Positions 39,361 through 53,259 are shown, counted from the whole stretch's first letter. The stretch is DNA of 63,976 nt, filler included, from Octopus bimaculoides (GCF_001194135.2; 5 parts of 5 records of this genome joined end to end with filler, not necessarily neighbours in it); one strand, 5' to 3'. Notes: generated by a model not told the origin, from the sequence alone. Numbers and translations: made by a program.

Positions 39361-39720
39361 TATATATCACAAATGATGTTGGCGTCAATTTTAAATCTGC
39401 CCAAGACTTGGCCTCATGCTATTTGCCCATAACAAAAATTGAACTCGGTACAGATAGCAACATTACGTCACAACTACTTTACCTCAATCGGTCCAGCTGT
39501 TTTTAATACCATACCAAAATACGTCAAAACGGAAATGGATCCCATAAAATTCAAAAGTTCACTGGACAAATTTCTTCAAAATATCCTGGACCAACCTCCT
39601 ACACCCAGATATGTCTCCAACAATAATAACTCTTTGCCAGAGTGGGCCATTGCGCCCCATATATGACTAAAAGACTTCACCAGGTGGTGCCATTAAGTCA
39701 GACATGGCCTGGGCTTATAC
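39361..39720 (+). mobile_element. CR1/L2-group LINE 3' fragment
   Basis: TLRHNYFTSIGPAVFNTIPKYVK...FKSSLDKFLQNILDQPPTPRYVSNNNNSLPEW is a typical CR1-type ORF2 C-terminus. Confidence 0.65.
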
Positions 39721-40109
39721 TCACCAAAACCTATCAAAGCGATCAAAGTTATATATATATATATTTGCATAGCTGTGTGTGTATGTGTGTGTGTGTGTGT
39801 GTGTATGCATCTGAGGGCCCACTCTGACAATATCATCCGGTTCTCTCTATCTCCAACCACTGACGCCAAAATCTTATCAAATAATATTTACATCTTATCA
39901 ATTAGCATTACTAAGCTAAATAAACATGTTTGCTTCATTTAAAATACACACACACAGGTATATGAATATATATACATATATACACATACATACATTTCTT
40001 TTTAAACAAAATACCTTATCTTGTTTCATAGCATGACAGGCAGTGATTATCATCATTATCATCATCATCTTTGTTATTATCAGTGTTGTTATTATTATTA
40101 TTATTATTA

Positions 40110-40147
<38 letters not shown>

Positions 40148-42873
40148 ATTTCTTAGTATATTTTTAACTCTTTGGTTTTGTTATTTTTATTATGAATTAT
40201 TTTGATGCCAAGGTCGACATTGTTTTTCATNNNNNNNNNNNNNNNNGGTAAAATAAAGCACCAGTCAAGTACAGAGGTCAGTGATATTGACTTGTGTCCC
40301 TCCCCTGAAAATTGCTGGTCTTATTCTTAAATCAGAAGCCATTCTTATTAATCTGACCATTATTTCAGCTGGTAGAATCGGTCGCACATTGGACGAAATG
40401 TTTAGTGGTATTTCTTCTGGTTTTATGTTTTGAGTTCAAATTCTACCAAGATCAATTTTGCCTTACATGCTTTTGAGGTCAATGAAATAAGTACCAGTCA
40501 TACACTAGGGGAGGGCAGGTCAATGTTATTCACTACCCCCACCCCTCAAACTTGCTGGTCTTGTGTCTAAATTAAAAAGAATCATGGGAGATATTATTCA
40601 TTATTATTATTGTTGTTATTATTATCCTTTTGGGGTTGATGTAATCGACTATGCCCCCTCCCTCAAAACATCAGGCCTTGTGTCTGTAGGAGGAAAAATT
40701 ATTGCCTGTATGGCGGCACATAAAATTGCCTATGTAGTGCCATATAAAAGCTCCCAGCACACACTCTATAAAGTGGTTGGCATTAGGAAGGGCATCCAAC
40801 CATAGAAACCATGCCAAATCAGACTGGAGTTTGATGCAGCCTCCCCGCTTGCCAGCTCTGGTCACACTGTTCATCCCATGTCAGCATGGACAAGGGACAT
40901 TAAATGATGATGACGATGATTATTATCATTATTATTGTTATTATTGTTATTATTGTTATTATTGTTATTGTCATTGTTATTTTGGTAATCTCACTAGTGC
41001 AGGTGGCACAAAAAATTCACCCAGTACACTCTGTAAAGTGGTCGATGTAAGGAATATCCATCTGTAGAAACCCTGTCAAAGCAAACAATGAGGCCTAGGG
41101 CAGCCCTCTGTTTCGTCAGCTCCTGTCAAAAACCGTCCAACCCATGCCAGCATGGAAAATGGATGTTAAATGATAATTAACAAAATTCTCAGATAAATTC
41201 AGCATGGCACAGTGTGACATGACAAGGTAGTACCTTTTGAGTTAGTGGTACAGCCCACCCAAAGGGCTTCAATACAGTTTCCATCTACTGAGTTCCACTC
41301 ACCAGATTTAGGTCAACCCAAGGCTGTAGAAGATGACATTTATTAAACACATCATGCAGAGAGATTGAACCCACTATCTCGTGATTGCGAAGTGAACTTC
41401 TCAGCCTGTCAGCCTCACTGCACCTCTGATATATAATACATAATTAATTGTGGTATACAGTATGAGAAATAGATTTAGATACACACTACATATACAATTG
41501 TCAAAGCCCCACTATATGAGGTGGAGTAAGCAGGGGCGGCGGTAGTGGTTTTGTATTGAAGTTCTCTTGTTAAGATGTGATGGGGGGGGGGTACATTGTC
41601 ANNNNNNNNNNAAGATGTGATGGGGGGGGGGTACATTGTCAAAGTCTCATTGTATGAGACTGTGGTGAGGTGACGGTGGTGGTGGTGCCTATTGTCATAG
41701 CCACACTGTTTGGGATGGTGGTGGTGGTATGTATTGTTAGTTAGTTACTTAGATTCATAATTTCTAGTCTCGGTTCTCATAGCTTCATTGTTTCCTTACA
41801 GTTTTAACCTTTTAGCATTGAAACCAGCCATATCTGTCCCAAATATTCCTCCTCTGCCTCAAGCCATGGGAAGAAGAGTATTGTTGTTGTTGTTGTTATC
41901 ACAGTAGTTGTTTAGCCCCAGGCCAATACTGATTGAGCAGACCTATGGTCAAAAAGCTTTGTATCCCAGCCTTCCTATTTTAAGACAGCAGAAACTGATT
42001 TGAAGAAATTTAATGACCGTTTCACACGGAAGTAGCCTTTGTTATCTCGTTTGGAGCTTAATGTTGTAAGGTAGACATGAAAATCTGAGGATTTATTAGT
42101 AACACTCTAGATTACAACAGTTCACTGTGTTCTTAGTGACACACTACAAGTACAGTCAAGTGCAACCCCTGCAGTCGCAGGGGGCCTCTATGGTTGAGGG
42201 ACCCCATGTTAAAATCAAAGTATGTAGATGCTCTTTTATTTATATCTGGAAGTTTTACTTATTGAAATTTGTACTTTTGAAGACGTTCTTTGGGGTAACA
42301 TGAAATATTGAATCTCAGAATAAAGTAAAATATAGCTATGAATAACAGGTGTGTAGATTATGAATTTTGATTGAAAGGATGGGGCCTCGAAACAAAAAGT
42401 TGCAGGGGGCCTCTAAAAGTCACATGACGGATNNNNNNNNNNNNNNNNNNNNNNNNNNNNNNNNNNNNNNNNNNNNNNNNNNNNNNNNNNNNNNNNNNNN
42501 NNNNNNNNNNNNNNNNNNNNNNNNNNNNNNNNNNNNNNNNNNNNNNNNNNNNNNNNNNNNNNNNNNNNNNNNNNNNNNNNNNNNNNNNNNNNNNNNNNNN
42601 NNNNNNNNNNNNNNNNNNNNNNNNNNNNNNNNNNNNNNNNNNNNNNNNNNNNNNNNNNNNNNNNNNNNNNNNNNNNNNNNNNNNNNNNNNNNNNNNNNNN
42701 NNNNNNNNNNNNNNNNNNNNNNNNNNNNNNNNNNNNNNNNNNNNNNNNNNNNNNNNNNNNNNNNNNNNNNNNNNNNNNNNNNNNNNNNNNNNNNNNNNNN
42801 NNNNNNNNNNNNNNNNNNNNNNNNNNNNNNNNNNNNNNNNNNNNNNNNNNNNNNNNNNNNNNNNNNNNNNNNN

Positions 42874-42910
<37 letters not shown>

Positions 42911-43110
42911 TTGTATATGTGTGCGTGTATATGAATATTTGTTTGTGTGTGTGTTTGTATATGTGTGCGTGTATATGAATATTTGTGTGTGTGTGTGTTT
43001 GTATATATATGTGGGTGTGTATATATATACATATATATATGTGTGAATGTGTGTTTGTGTCTGTATACACACTGGATGAAATGCTTTATGGCATTTCACC
43101 NNNNNNNNNN

Positions 43111-43295
43111 ATACACACTGGATGAAATGCTTTATGGCATTTCACCTGTTGCTGTGTTCTGAGTTCAAATTCCATCAAGGTTGACTTTGCTTTTCATCCT
43201 TTCAGGGTCGATAAATTAGGTACCAGTGAAACACTGGGGTCGATATGATCGACTGACCCCCTTCCCCCAAATTTCAGGCCTTGTGCATATAGTAG
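43111..43295 (+). mobile_element. SINE family B copy just upstream of the RRM1 exon
   Basis: gagttcaaattcc...agggtcgataaattaggtaccag...caggccttgtgc. Confidence 0.75.
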
Positions 43296-43379
43296 AAAGG
43301 ATTATTATTATTATCGTTATCATTATTATTATTATCATTATTATTATTATTATTATTATCATTTGTTTTCCTTATGTAG

Positions 43380-43555
43380 AGGCGGTGTGGCACTTTGTCT
43401 TAGTCAACAAGGTCGGCGAAATGGAGAAGCTTTGATTTGGTTTGAAAGTGAAGAACATCGAGATCTTGCTATGAAGCGACACAAACACCACATTGGCCAA
43501 CGTTACATTGAAGTTTATAAATCAACTGGCAAAGATTTCATCAATGTGGCTGGAG
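43380..43555 (+). CDS. ESRP1/2: ESRP/fusilli exon encoding most of RRM1, 176 nt, phase 2-1
   Basis: ccttatgtag|A GGC GGT ... GCT GGA G|gtaag gives [58 protein letters not shown]. This is the ESRP RRM1 signature ([20 protein letters not shown]). Confidence 0.96.
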
Positions 43556-43920
43556 GTAAGATGAACTCTTCATTGGGTCTTTATCTACTTTCTCTTTTCT
43601 CTTCATTTGTGGTTTCCACTCGATGACAGCAATTTAATCCAATAGCTTATTTAATCCTGATCCTTATAGAACCAGGATTTAATCTGGTGTAGGTGTGTTT
43701 GCATCCCTGTAACTTAGCAGCTTGGCAAAAGAGTTCAATAGATTAAGTACCACATTTAAAAAAAAAAAAAAGTCCTGGGATCGATTCATTCGACTAAAAA
43801 NNNNNNNNNNCCACATTTAAAAAAAAAAAAAAGTCCTGGGATCGATTCATTCGACTAAAAAGTTTTCCAAGGCAGTGCTCCAGCATGGCTACAGTCTAAT
43901 GACTGAAACAAGTAAAAGAT

Positions 43921-43923
43921 CAT

Positions 43924-43954
<31 letters not shown>

Positions 43955-44180
43955 AGCATCATTTAACATTCGTTTTCCATGCTAGCATGGGCTGGACGAT
44001 TTGACTTGTGACTGGCGAACCAGAAGGCTGCACCAGGCTCCAATCTGATCTGGCAGAGTTTCTACAGCTGGATGCCCTTCCTAAGGCCAACCACTCTGAG
44101 AGTGTAGTGGGTGCTTTTATGTGTCACCGGCACGAGAGCCAGTCAGGCGGTTGCCACCGGCACGAGGGCCAGTCAAAAAG
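43921..44180 (-). mobile_element. SINE family C copy in the intron between the RRM1 and RRM2 exons
   Basis: (CAT)n...ccatgctagcatggg...ggatgcccttcctaaggccaacc. Confidence 0.8.
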
Positions 44181-44300
44181 ATAAAAGATATATATTATAT
44201 GCAAACCTCAGCTAAATGCCCTTCTGATTTAATCCTCAATAATGTCTCCAGAACAGTTTGAAAGTCTTTCTCCAAGTTTTTCTTTCCTATTTGTTTGCAG

Positions 44301-44395
44301 GAAATAATCTTGAAGCTCAAGCATTTTTATCCAGAGGAGGACAAGTGATTATCCGAATGCGCGGATTACCTTTCACTGCAACTGTACAACAAGTG
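44301..44395 (+). CDS. ESRP1/2: ESRP/fusilli exon: RRM1-RRM2 linker and start of RRM2, 95 nt, phase 1-0
   Basis: ttgtttgcag|GA AAT AAT ... CAA CAA GTG|gtaag gives (G)[39 protein letters not shown] is the ESRP RRM2 start, and the exon is in frame with the previous one. Confidence 0.94.
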
Positions 44396-44860
44396 GTAAG
44401 TCCTCTCAATGTCCACTCTGTTACCTTTATTGTTGTGCTGTCTCCAATGTCAACCCAGTTGGTCGTTGGATTTTGTGTTCTTGGTGGGGTTAGAGTTAGG
44501 GCAAACACATTTAATGTAAGTGCGGAGGGTCATTGAAATGTTATCTAGAAACAGATGTAGGGAGGTGGATGGACGGAGGCTGAGAGAGAATGGGGGTGGG
44601 TGCTGAATGGATGGATAGATGTGGGGAGAGATAAATGGATGGAAAGAGGGATGAATGGATGGAGAGAGAGTGGGGGGAGCTGAAGTGATGGATGGAAAGG
44701 AGAGAGGGGGCTGGATGGATAGATGAATGGTGGGATGGTTGTAAGGGTGAATGGATGAAGAGACGGAGGAATAGATGAGAGGAGGGATGGGCAGATGGAT
44801 TGTATCAAAGAATAGGCAGGTATTCAATACAGGCAACATAAAAATAAATATTATTCTTTT

Positions 44861-45282
44861 CTTTTATTCTTTTACTTATTTCAGTCATCTTGACTGTGGC
44901 CATGCTGGAGCACTGCTTTTAGTCGAGCAAATCGACTCCAGGACTTATTCTTTGTAAGTCTAGTACTTAATCTATCGGTCTCCTTTTGCCAAACCACCAA
45001 GTTACGGGGGATGTGAACGCACCAGCATTGGTTGTCAAGTGATGCTGGGGTGGGGGTGGGGGACAAACACAGATACACAAACATGTACACACACATAAAT
45101 ATATACATATATATCTATATATACGATGGGCTTCTTTCAGTTTCCGTCTACCAAATCCACACACAAGTCTCTGGTCAGCCCGAGGCTTTAAGTATAAGGC
45201 ACTTGCCCAAGGTGCCACGCAGTGGGACTGAACCCAGAACCATGTGGTTGGTAAGCAAGCTACTTACCACACAGCCCCTCCT
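44861..45282 (-). mobile_element. SINE family A copy (ESRP intron)
   Basis: Full reverse-complement match to family A. Confidence 0.85.
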
Positions 45283-46560
45283 CTACTGCAAGACACCTGT
45301 ACCTCTCCCCCTATCATACATTAACCTCTCAACACCTGGCACAAAACCACCTCCTCCCTCTATACTGCACCCCACCCCCACCATTTTGTTAAGGGGTCGT
45401 ATCCTGTGAGTTACTTGGTAACTTCATTAGCACCTGTGCCACAAAAAAAAATGCATCCAGGACACACTGTGAAGTGGCTTTCATTAACCTGTTAGCACTC
45501 ATGGTCCTTTTTTTAGGACCAGAAGGATAATCCATCATATTTCTGCAACACCTGTATTTTTCTGAGATACCTTTAATTAGTCATCAAGACTGGAGTGTCT
45601 TTCAAATATTGTAATCAAATTTTTTTATATATTTAGTATCAGATAAAATTGTATAAAAAAAAAGACTTTTGGTAATAAATTAAATAAAAAAAATTGGGTA
45701 TTAATGGGTTAAGAATGGCATCCCACCCACAGAAACCATGCTAATGTAGACACTGGCGCTCAACACAGCAATCTGGCTCATTGGCTCCTGTCAAACTATC
45801 CGACATATTCCAGCGTAAAATACAGACATTAAATGATGATGATGTCTGTTTTAGCAGAAGACATTTTTTTTATGTGTATCTTAAATGCCATTATGTCTCA
45901 ATACTACAAAAGACAGCAATATTCTGAAGACATACTTCTGTATATTAGGGATTCAGATGACCTAATTTTGTCACCTCACAAATTAAATGATTAAACCAGT
46001 TGGCCAATAGGATCATCTCATTCCTGTGACAGTTTGGCTACAGAATAATCATGGCCAACCATTATATTTAATATGGTTTGGTGAACTGAATGGCTCATTT
46101 ATAAACTTAATATTCTAATTACTCACCCTACGCTTTGATGAACAATCTTTATAGCAATTTTATTAGCAATTTTGAAGGAATTATTATATTTTCTATCTTC
46201 CATTTTATATTTATAAAAAAAAACTAACAAAGCCTTTTGAGGTGAGGATGACAGAAAAACACATTTTCTCTTCTTCAATTTGTCACAGTATTTAATTTTT
46301 TTTAGCGAAGGACATGAGACATTTTCTGCAAAGCTTTTTTTGTTTTTTTTTTGTCTTTTAAACCATAAAATAGTATAAATACAGTTTTGTTCTGAACTGT
46401 AGAATAAACAGGAAATTTGTTAGAGCTGTTAGTTGTTGGTATTTTCCAAAGCTGGAGTAATTTGCTCAAGAAAATATAAAGGAACGGTTAAGAGCTTTTG
46501 TACGTTCTTTTAAAACAAGATCTCATATTTTTACTACGAAAGCAATGGTGGACTGGCTAT

Positions 46561-46885
46561 TCTTTGGCTTGCTTCAGTCATTTGACTGCGGCCATGCTGG
46601 AGCATCACTTTTAGTCAAACAAATCGACCCCAGGACTTATTCTTTGTAAGCCTAGTACTTATTCTATCAGTCTTTTTTGCCAAACTGCTAAGTCATGGGG
46701 ACGGAAACACACTAACATCAGTTGTCAAACGATGCTGGGGGGGGGGGACAAATACACACACATATATACACACAAGGCTTTGGTTGGCCCAAGGCTATAG
46801 TAGAAGGCACTTGCCCAATGTGCCACTCAGTGGGACTGAACCCAGAGCCATGGGAAGTGAGCTTCTTTCCACACAGCCACTCCTA
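46561..46885 (-). mobile_element. SINE family A copy
   Basis: cagtcatttgactgcggccatgctggagc ... ccacacagccactcct. Confidence 0.8.
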
Positions 46886-48279
46886 CGCCTATGTCTTATA
46901 TTTAAATATATAACAAGCTAGGGTATTATATTTAAATCTTTTATCTTTTACTTGTTTCAATCTTTAGACTCTGGCCATGCTGGGGCCACAATCTAATTTT
47001 TAGTCGAATGGATAGGCTCTGGTATTTGTTTTTTTTTTAAGTTACAGGGGTGTAAACACATCAACACCGGTTGTCAAAAGACAGTGAGGATCAAACTTAG
47101 CAGTTCGGCAAAAGAGACCAATAGAATAAGTATTAAGCTTAAAAAGAAAATAAGTACTGGGGTTAATTAGTTCGACTAAAATACCTCATGGCAGTGCCCC
47201 AGCATGGTCGCAGTCTAATGACTGAAACAAGTAAATGGTAAAAGAGAAAAGATGAAAGAAAATAGTTGAAATCCAAGAAGATTAGTTGTAAACTTGGTCG
47301 GCACAAAAAAAAAGCGGTTACGTTGATCTTGATAAAATCTTAAAAATTCAAACATGTCTGGGTTTTTTTGTTTTTTTTAATTTATCTGTTCCTTTGGTGA
47401 CCATCACTAAAATATTCTCTTCTTGGTTCCTGTATTTATTTCCTGTTTTAAACTCAAACTTCAACAAACACCCTGTTTGTCTAAAGGTTGGGGAACAAGA
47501 GAGACAGAGAGAGAGACAGAAAGAGAGACAAAGAGAGGGACAGAGGGAGAGAGAAAAAAAAGGCAATGTTAACACAAGTATCCTTATTTGCTTTGGTTGG
47601 TTGGCTGGCTTAATGCACATCCCTCCTCCCACCCCTCACCCCTCACCCCANNNNNNNNNNNNNNNNNNNNNNNNNNNNNNNNNNNNNNNNNNNNNNNNNN
47701 NNNNNNNNNNNNNNNNNNNNNNNNNNNNNNNNNNNNNNNNNNNNNNNNNNNNNNNNNNNNNNNNNNNNNNNNNNNNNNNNNNNNNNNNNNNNNNNNNNNN
47801 NNNNNNNNNNNNNNNNNNNNNNNNNNNNNNNNNNNNNNNNNNNNNNNNNNNNNNNNNNNNNNNNNNNNNNNNNNNNNNNNNNNNNNNNNNNNNNNNNNNN
47901 NNNNNNNNNNNNNNGGTTAAGGGTGATGACAACCTTATTATCTTCTGCTTTTACTAGATTTCTGCACCCCTCCCCGCCATGTTGTTTCACTTAGGTTAAT
48001 AAAACAAATATTTAATATTATGCAGCCAGGTAAAAAATAAATGGGTTTTAAGAAGTAATTTTGTAATGGCTCTCTTGTAATTTGCCATCGTTGTTTGTGT
48101 GATGGCATTAGAGAGAAAACTATTATAAGAAGTCAAACTGTATCATTTTCTATTGATTATTTTTGATTCACAAAGTTTTCAAACGACGATCATCATCATC
48201 GTCATCATCACTTTTTAGTGTTTTCCATGCTGGCATGGGTTGGATGGCTCAACAGTGGCCAGTGAGGTAGAGGACTATG

Positions 48280-48314
<35 letters not shown>

Positions 48315-49339
48315 TTTTTTAAATCTGGGTTTTGTCCCCGTTAACGGGGGTAGCTGGATCTACCTCAATGCCATAGCAACTGAGGTAGGCAGGTGCAGCC
48401 CACCCCAACCTTTGGGTTGGCTGGTGCCCATTCTCCTTTGCTATCATGAGGCCTTTTTTGGAGCTGGATTTTCTATGGGGAGCATGCCCTTGCTTACCCC
48501 TAACCTCAGTTTCTAGACATGAGTGGTCCCCGAGACCAAAGCCTTTACCACGATTTTTAAGAACTGTGATGGAAACCTAGCTCAGGAAGGGAGGTACACT
48601 TCTCCCTGAGACCCCTTTGAAGACCTATGTGAAGATCCACATGGTTTCTATGGCTGGATGCCCTTCCTAACACCAACCACTTTACTGAATGTGCTGGGTT
48701 CTTTTTATGTGGGACCAGCACTTGTGAGGTCACCAAGTAACTTACAAGACAAGAACCCCATCAGCTGATTGTAGTGGGAGGTAGGGTTAGTATTGAGAGA
48801 GATGGCTTTACAGCAGGTGATGAGAAGTTAATGTATGATAGAGAGACAGGAGCAGCTGTCTTGCAGCAGAGGTGATATATGGCTGCTCCGTTGGAAAAAG
48901 AGAGAGAGAAAGAGGGAGAGAGGGAGAGAGATGTTGGTCATGAATATGTGTTTGGGGGTGGAGAATATAAGTGGAGTCCTCTCTATGTTTAGCCCCCCTG
49001 TGGGCAATAAAGAAATAAATATAAGTGGAGTGGTGCAGAAGATTGGACAGGGTGAGTGAATAGGTAGGTTGATGAGAGTGGGAGATAGGGAGGAGGAGCA
49101 TGTTAGGAAGATGAGTTGTGGGGGTGAGACTCATCGGGGATAGACAGTATGTGAGGGACATAGACGTAAATGGCAGAGAAAATATAGGGTTATACAAGTG
49201 AAATTACTGAGATATATATTTATAAAAATGTTGGAAGTTTGAAATTGTCTCAACCAAATTTTTTCAATGGCATTTGTCTTACATTGAATAAACAATATTT
49301 AAAAAATAAAAAATTCATCGACTGGTATGGCAAGGAAAG

Positions 49340-50000
49340 AGAGTGTGTGGTGGGGACAAAGAAGGGAAACCCAAAGTGCATGCTGAAAGGGAACAATTGA
49401 ATCATTAAGCCGGTGTTGTCCTTTAACTACCTTGGAACTCTCATCCCAGAAGATGAAGATGTGTGATGGAGATCAAAAGACAAATAGTGCTGACAGAATT
49501 TGCATTCTCAAATTTGTAAAACATCTTGAGAAACCATACTCTGAGCATCAAGATCAAAATCTGTAATTTGAACTGCTATGTCTACCTTGTATTAATGAAT
49601 GGAAGTGAGGCATTGTCTATACTGTCAGAAATGAGAAGGGGCTTTGAGAGCTGGGAAATGTGGTTCATAAGGGGAATATTGAGGATAACATGGAGAGACC
49701 AGGTTGCAGTAAGTGGGAAACTGCTTCAAGAGATAAAGGCCAAGCAACTGAGATTTCTTGGTCATGTGATGAGGAAAGAGGGCCTGGAGAATTTAGGGAT
49801 GACCAGAAAGATTGGTGGGGAAAGAAGCAGAGGAGGGAGAAGGATGTCAAACTTGACGAACTGGTTGGAAGAGAGAAGCATTGAACACCAGGAAGAAGTG
49901 GAAGTGCTACAGGAAACAAAGAACAGGGAGTGGTGGCAGGACATGACTGCCTATGTCCAACATTCTGGACTTGATACCTAAAGAGAGAGAGAGAGAGAGA
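49340..50000 (+). mobile_element. RTE-clade LINE 3' fragment with (AG)n tail
   Basis: FNYLGTLI...AFSNL*NILRNHTLSIKIK...EMWFIRGILRITWRD...IKAKQLRFLGHVMRKEGLENL...RSRGGRRM, ending in a gagagaga tail at ~49983-50000. Confidence 0.85.
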
Positions 50001-50128
50001 GTATTTTTAATAAAGAGATTTGTTTGGAAGTCATGACTTCCAGTTAATTATAATTAATTGACAACAAATTACAGATTAGAAAATTACTATTTCTAAATCT
50101 CACAACGTGAGACATTCAACAACAGTAC

Positions 50129-50370
50129 TTTGTAGTAAAGATTGTTTGCCAACATAACATGGCAGTCCTGGTTAGGACAAATGTTGCTATAATTTAGCCC
50201 CAGGAGATGTCGTCTCCAACTGGTTATATGACACGATCTGTGTCCTTACATTCCCTTGTTCGAAAGATCGTGTCCCAGCTGGAGACAATATCTCCTGGGG
50301 CTAAATTACAGCAACATTCATCCTAAACCAGGACTGGCATGTTATGTTGGCAAACAATCTTTACTACAAA
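50129..50370. mobile_element. MITE-like long hairpin
   Basis: Arms 50129-50239 and 50265-50370 are highly complementary (TTTGTAGTAAAGATTGTTTGCCAACATAACATG... / ...CATGTTATGTTGGCAAACAATCTTTACTACAAA), with a 25-nt loop. Confidence 0.8.
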
Positions 50371-50535
50371 TTACAGATTGTTTCATGGTTTCCACTATTT
50401 GTCTATTTTGTGATATCCAATATTCTTTGTCAAGGGTACACCAAAGTATGCTGGAATAAAAAGTTTCAAACCACTTGTTCTGGTACATTCCAGAAAGTCT
50501 GAAATTATTTATAAACATTGTTATCTCTTTTCTTT

Positions 50536-50915
50536 TTTCTTTTATTTGTTTCAGTCATTAGACTGTGGCCATACTGGGGCACTGCCTCGAATTTTTAGTC
50601 TTTTTATAAGCCTGGTACTTATTCTATTGGTCCCTTTTACAGAATCACAATGTTATGAGGATGTAAATAAACCAACACCATTTGACAAGTAGTGGTGGGG
50701 GAACACACGCGCATGCGAACATACACACACACACACACACACACAAGCTGGAAAATGGACATTAAAGGATGATAATGGTGAGGATATATTTACAAGCTTC
50801 TTTCAGTTTCTGTCTACCAAGTCCATTCACAAGGCTTTGGTCAGCCTGGAGCTATAGAAGAAGACACTTGCCCAAGGTGCCATGCAGTGGGACTGAACCC
50901 TGAACAATGTGGTTG
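50536..50915 (-). mobile_element. SINE family A copy (diverged)
   Basis: tttgtttcagtcattagactgtggcc ... gggactgaaccctgaac. Confidence 0.7.
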
Positions 50916-51244
50916 ACCCTCTCATTTATGGAGAGCTGAGAGACAGACATGGCTATGTGGTTAAGAAGTTTGCCACTGCATGGCACTTTGTGCCAGTGTT
51001 TCTGCTGGGAGTGGACTTGGTTGATGGAAACTGACAGAAGCCTTTTGTGTGTGTGTGTTATTGTCATCTTGTCTTGATGTTACATGATTGTCCACTGTCA
51101 TACAAGCAGCGTCATTCATTTCCAATATTCTGCAAAATTATCTTTGCCCATGAAGAAATATCACTTATAGACTTTGTTTGCGAAGACCTATTGAGGCAAG
51201 TGAAATCAAAATCGAAATTGCTGACGTGGCCGATGACAGCACTG

Positions 51245-51628
51245 CCTGGTTGGCACCTGTGCCAGTGGAACGTTAAAAGCACATCTGAGCATGATTGCTG
51301 CCAGGGCCATAGATTGGCTCCCATGCCAGTGGCACGTAAAAAGCACCATTCGAGCATGATCATTGCCAGTGTCGCCTTAACGGCACATGAAGAACAACAT
51401 TTGAGCACGGTCATTGCCAGAACCACCCGACTGGCCCTCGTGCTGGTGGCACGTAAAAGCACCCACTATACCCTTGGAGTGGTTGGTGTTAGGAAGGGCA
51501 TCCAGCTGTAGAAACGTTTCCAGATCAGATTGAGCCTGGTGCAGCCTTCTGGCTCACCAGTCCTCAGTCAAGCCATCCAACCCATGCCAGCATGGAAAGT
51601 GGATGTTAAATGACAATGATGATGATGA
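51245..51628 (+). mobile_element. SINE family C copy
   Basis: Several gtggcacgtaaaa subrepeats, then ggttggtgttaggaagggcatccagc and a gatgatgat tail. Confidence 0.8.
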
Positions 51629-52831
51629 TATAGGTGAGTGTTGGTGACAGGAAGGGCATCCAGTCATAGAAAATCTGCTTCAATAAACTCAAACCCATGC
51701 ATGCAAAGAAAAGTGGATGTTAGAATGATGATGATGATGATGATGATTGTGTGTGTGTGTGTGTGCATGTGTGCGTGTGTGCATGTGTGTGGTATGGTGA
51801 ATTCTTGTGTTTACAAGAAAATAAATGCTTTTAAACCAAAAAGGTAGAACTTGTTTGTTTTATCAGAAATTGTAGCTTCAAGAATCATTACTCTGAGCTT
51901 AATGTTACTAATTACTCAAGCAAACAACTCATTTGACAATTATTCAAAGTAATTTGATAAAAAGAAACCAATAAACACAAACACCAGCCTTGTTTAAGAA
52001 CAGATACCAAACATCATTGACTTAAAACCTTGAAATGGGTCTTCATTTGGCTTCAGTTCTATGACTGAGGCCGGTAAATGACCCTCTTCTTGACAACTCA
52101 GTCTGTTTCTTTCACCAATTCATTGTTTTCTCTACATCTCTCTCTCTCTCTCTCACTATATATCTACCTTTCTTTCTCTCTCTCACTATCTATCTACCTT
52201 TCTCCCACTAACTATCCATCTTCCTCTCTATTTTTCTCCCTCTATCTTTTCATCTTATTTAGAATACAAAGATGTCCTTTCGAATGAGTTAAAGAAAACA
52301 ATCAAACATTAAAGCTGCATTCCAATACAAAGGTTTTTTCTCACGTTTACAATTTTTTTCTCTGAGAACGAACCTTTATAATTGCATTTGACCTCATAAT
52401 TGTATTTCTGTCTATACACACACACACACACACACATTCTATTCAATGCATTTTACGTATGCTGACTCATAAAGAGGCAGTTTCTAGTCTCATGGCTATT
52501 ATTCCCATTTTCTATAAGATTGTTTGATATTTTACAGTTTATGGTGTGGCATGATGTTGTGGTGCTTAGAAATAACTGCAATCCTGCTACACTGTATTCA
52601 ATTTAAGCAATGTAAGTTAGGAATCCATATTAAACTGTGTTAATTTTAGAACAGAAGTCATTGATCAAGTAATGAAGGGTTGAATAAGTATATTTATATA
52701 GGTGTGACTGTGTGGTAAAAAGTTTGCACTCTCATCATGTGGTTCTAGGTTCAGTTCCATTGGACAATTGTCTTCTTCTATAGCCTTGGGCCAACCAAAG
52801 CCTAGATATCTGCCTACAATGTCTATATGTA

Positions 52832-53150
52832 TCATCATCATCATCATCGTCGTCGTCGTCGTTTAACGTCCGTTTTCCGTGCTGGCATGGGTTGGACGGT
52901 TTGACTGGGGTCTGGGAAGCCAGGACACTGCACCAGCTTCCAGTCTGATCTGGCAGAGTTTCTACAGCTGGATGCCCTTCCTAACACCAACCACTCCATG
53001 AGTATAGTAGGTGCTTTTTATGTGCCACCGGCACAGGTGCCAGGGGAAGCTGGCAATGACCATGATCAGTTGGCGCTCTTTATGTGCCACCGGCACGGAA
53101 GCCAGCCAAGGCGGCACCGACATTGGCCACATGTGGATGGTGCTTTTTAT
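52832..53150 (-). mobile_element. SINE family C copy
   Basis: (CAT)n(CGT)n ttaacgtcc...ggatgcccttcctaacaccaacc. Confidence 0.8.
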
Positions 53151-53180
53151 GCATATCTATATACATACATACATACATAC

Positions 53181-53227
<47 letters not shown>

Positions 53228-53259
53228 TACACTTTATGCTAGTCACACAAGTACATATT

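Noticed and set aside
42030-42070. ELNVV(R)|gt resembling the end of the missing GLNIAK exon
   Set aside because: In-frame stop just upstream and no RARGLPW.
41571-43860. Short direct repeats on either side of ~10-N gaps (~41571-41640, ~43065-43146, ~43751-43859)
   Set aside because: Identical overlapping contig ends; assembly artifacts.
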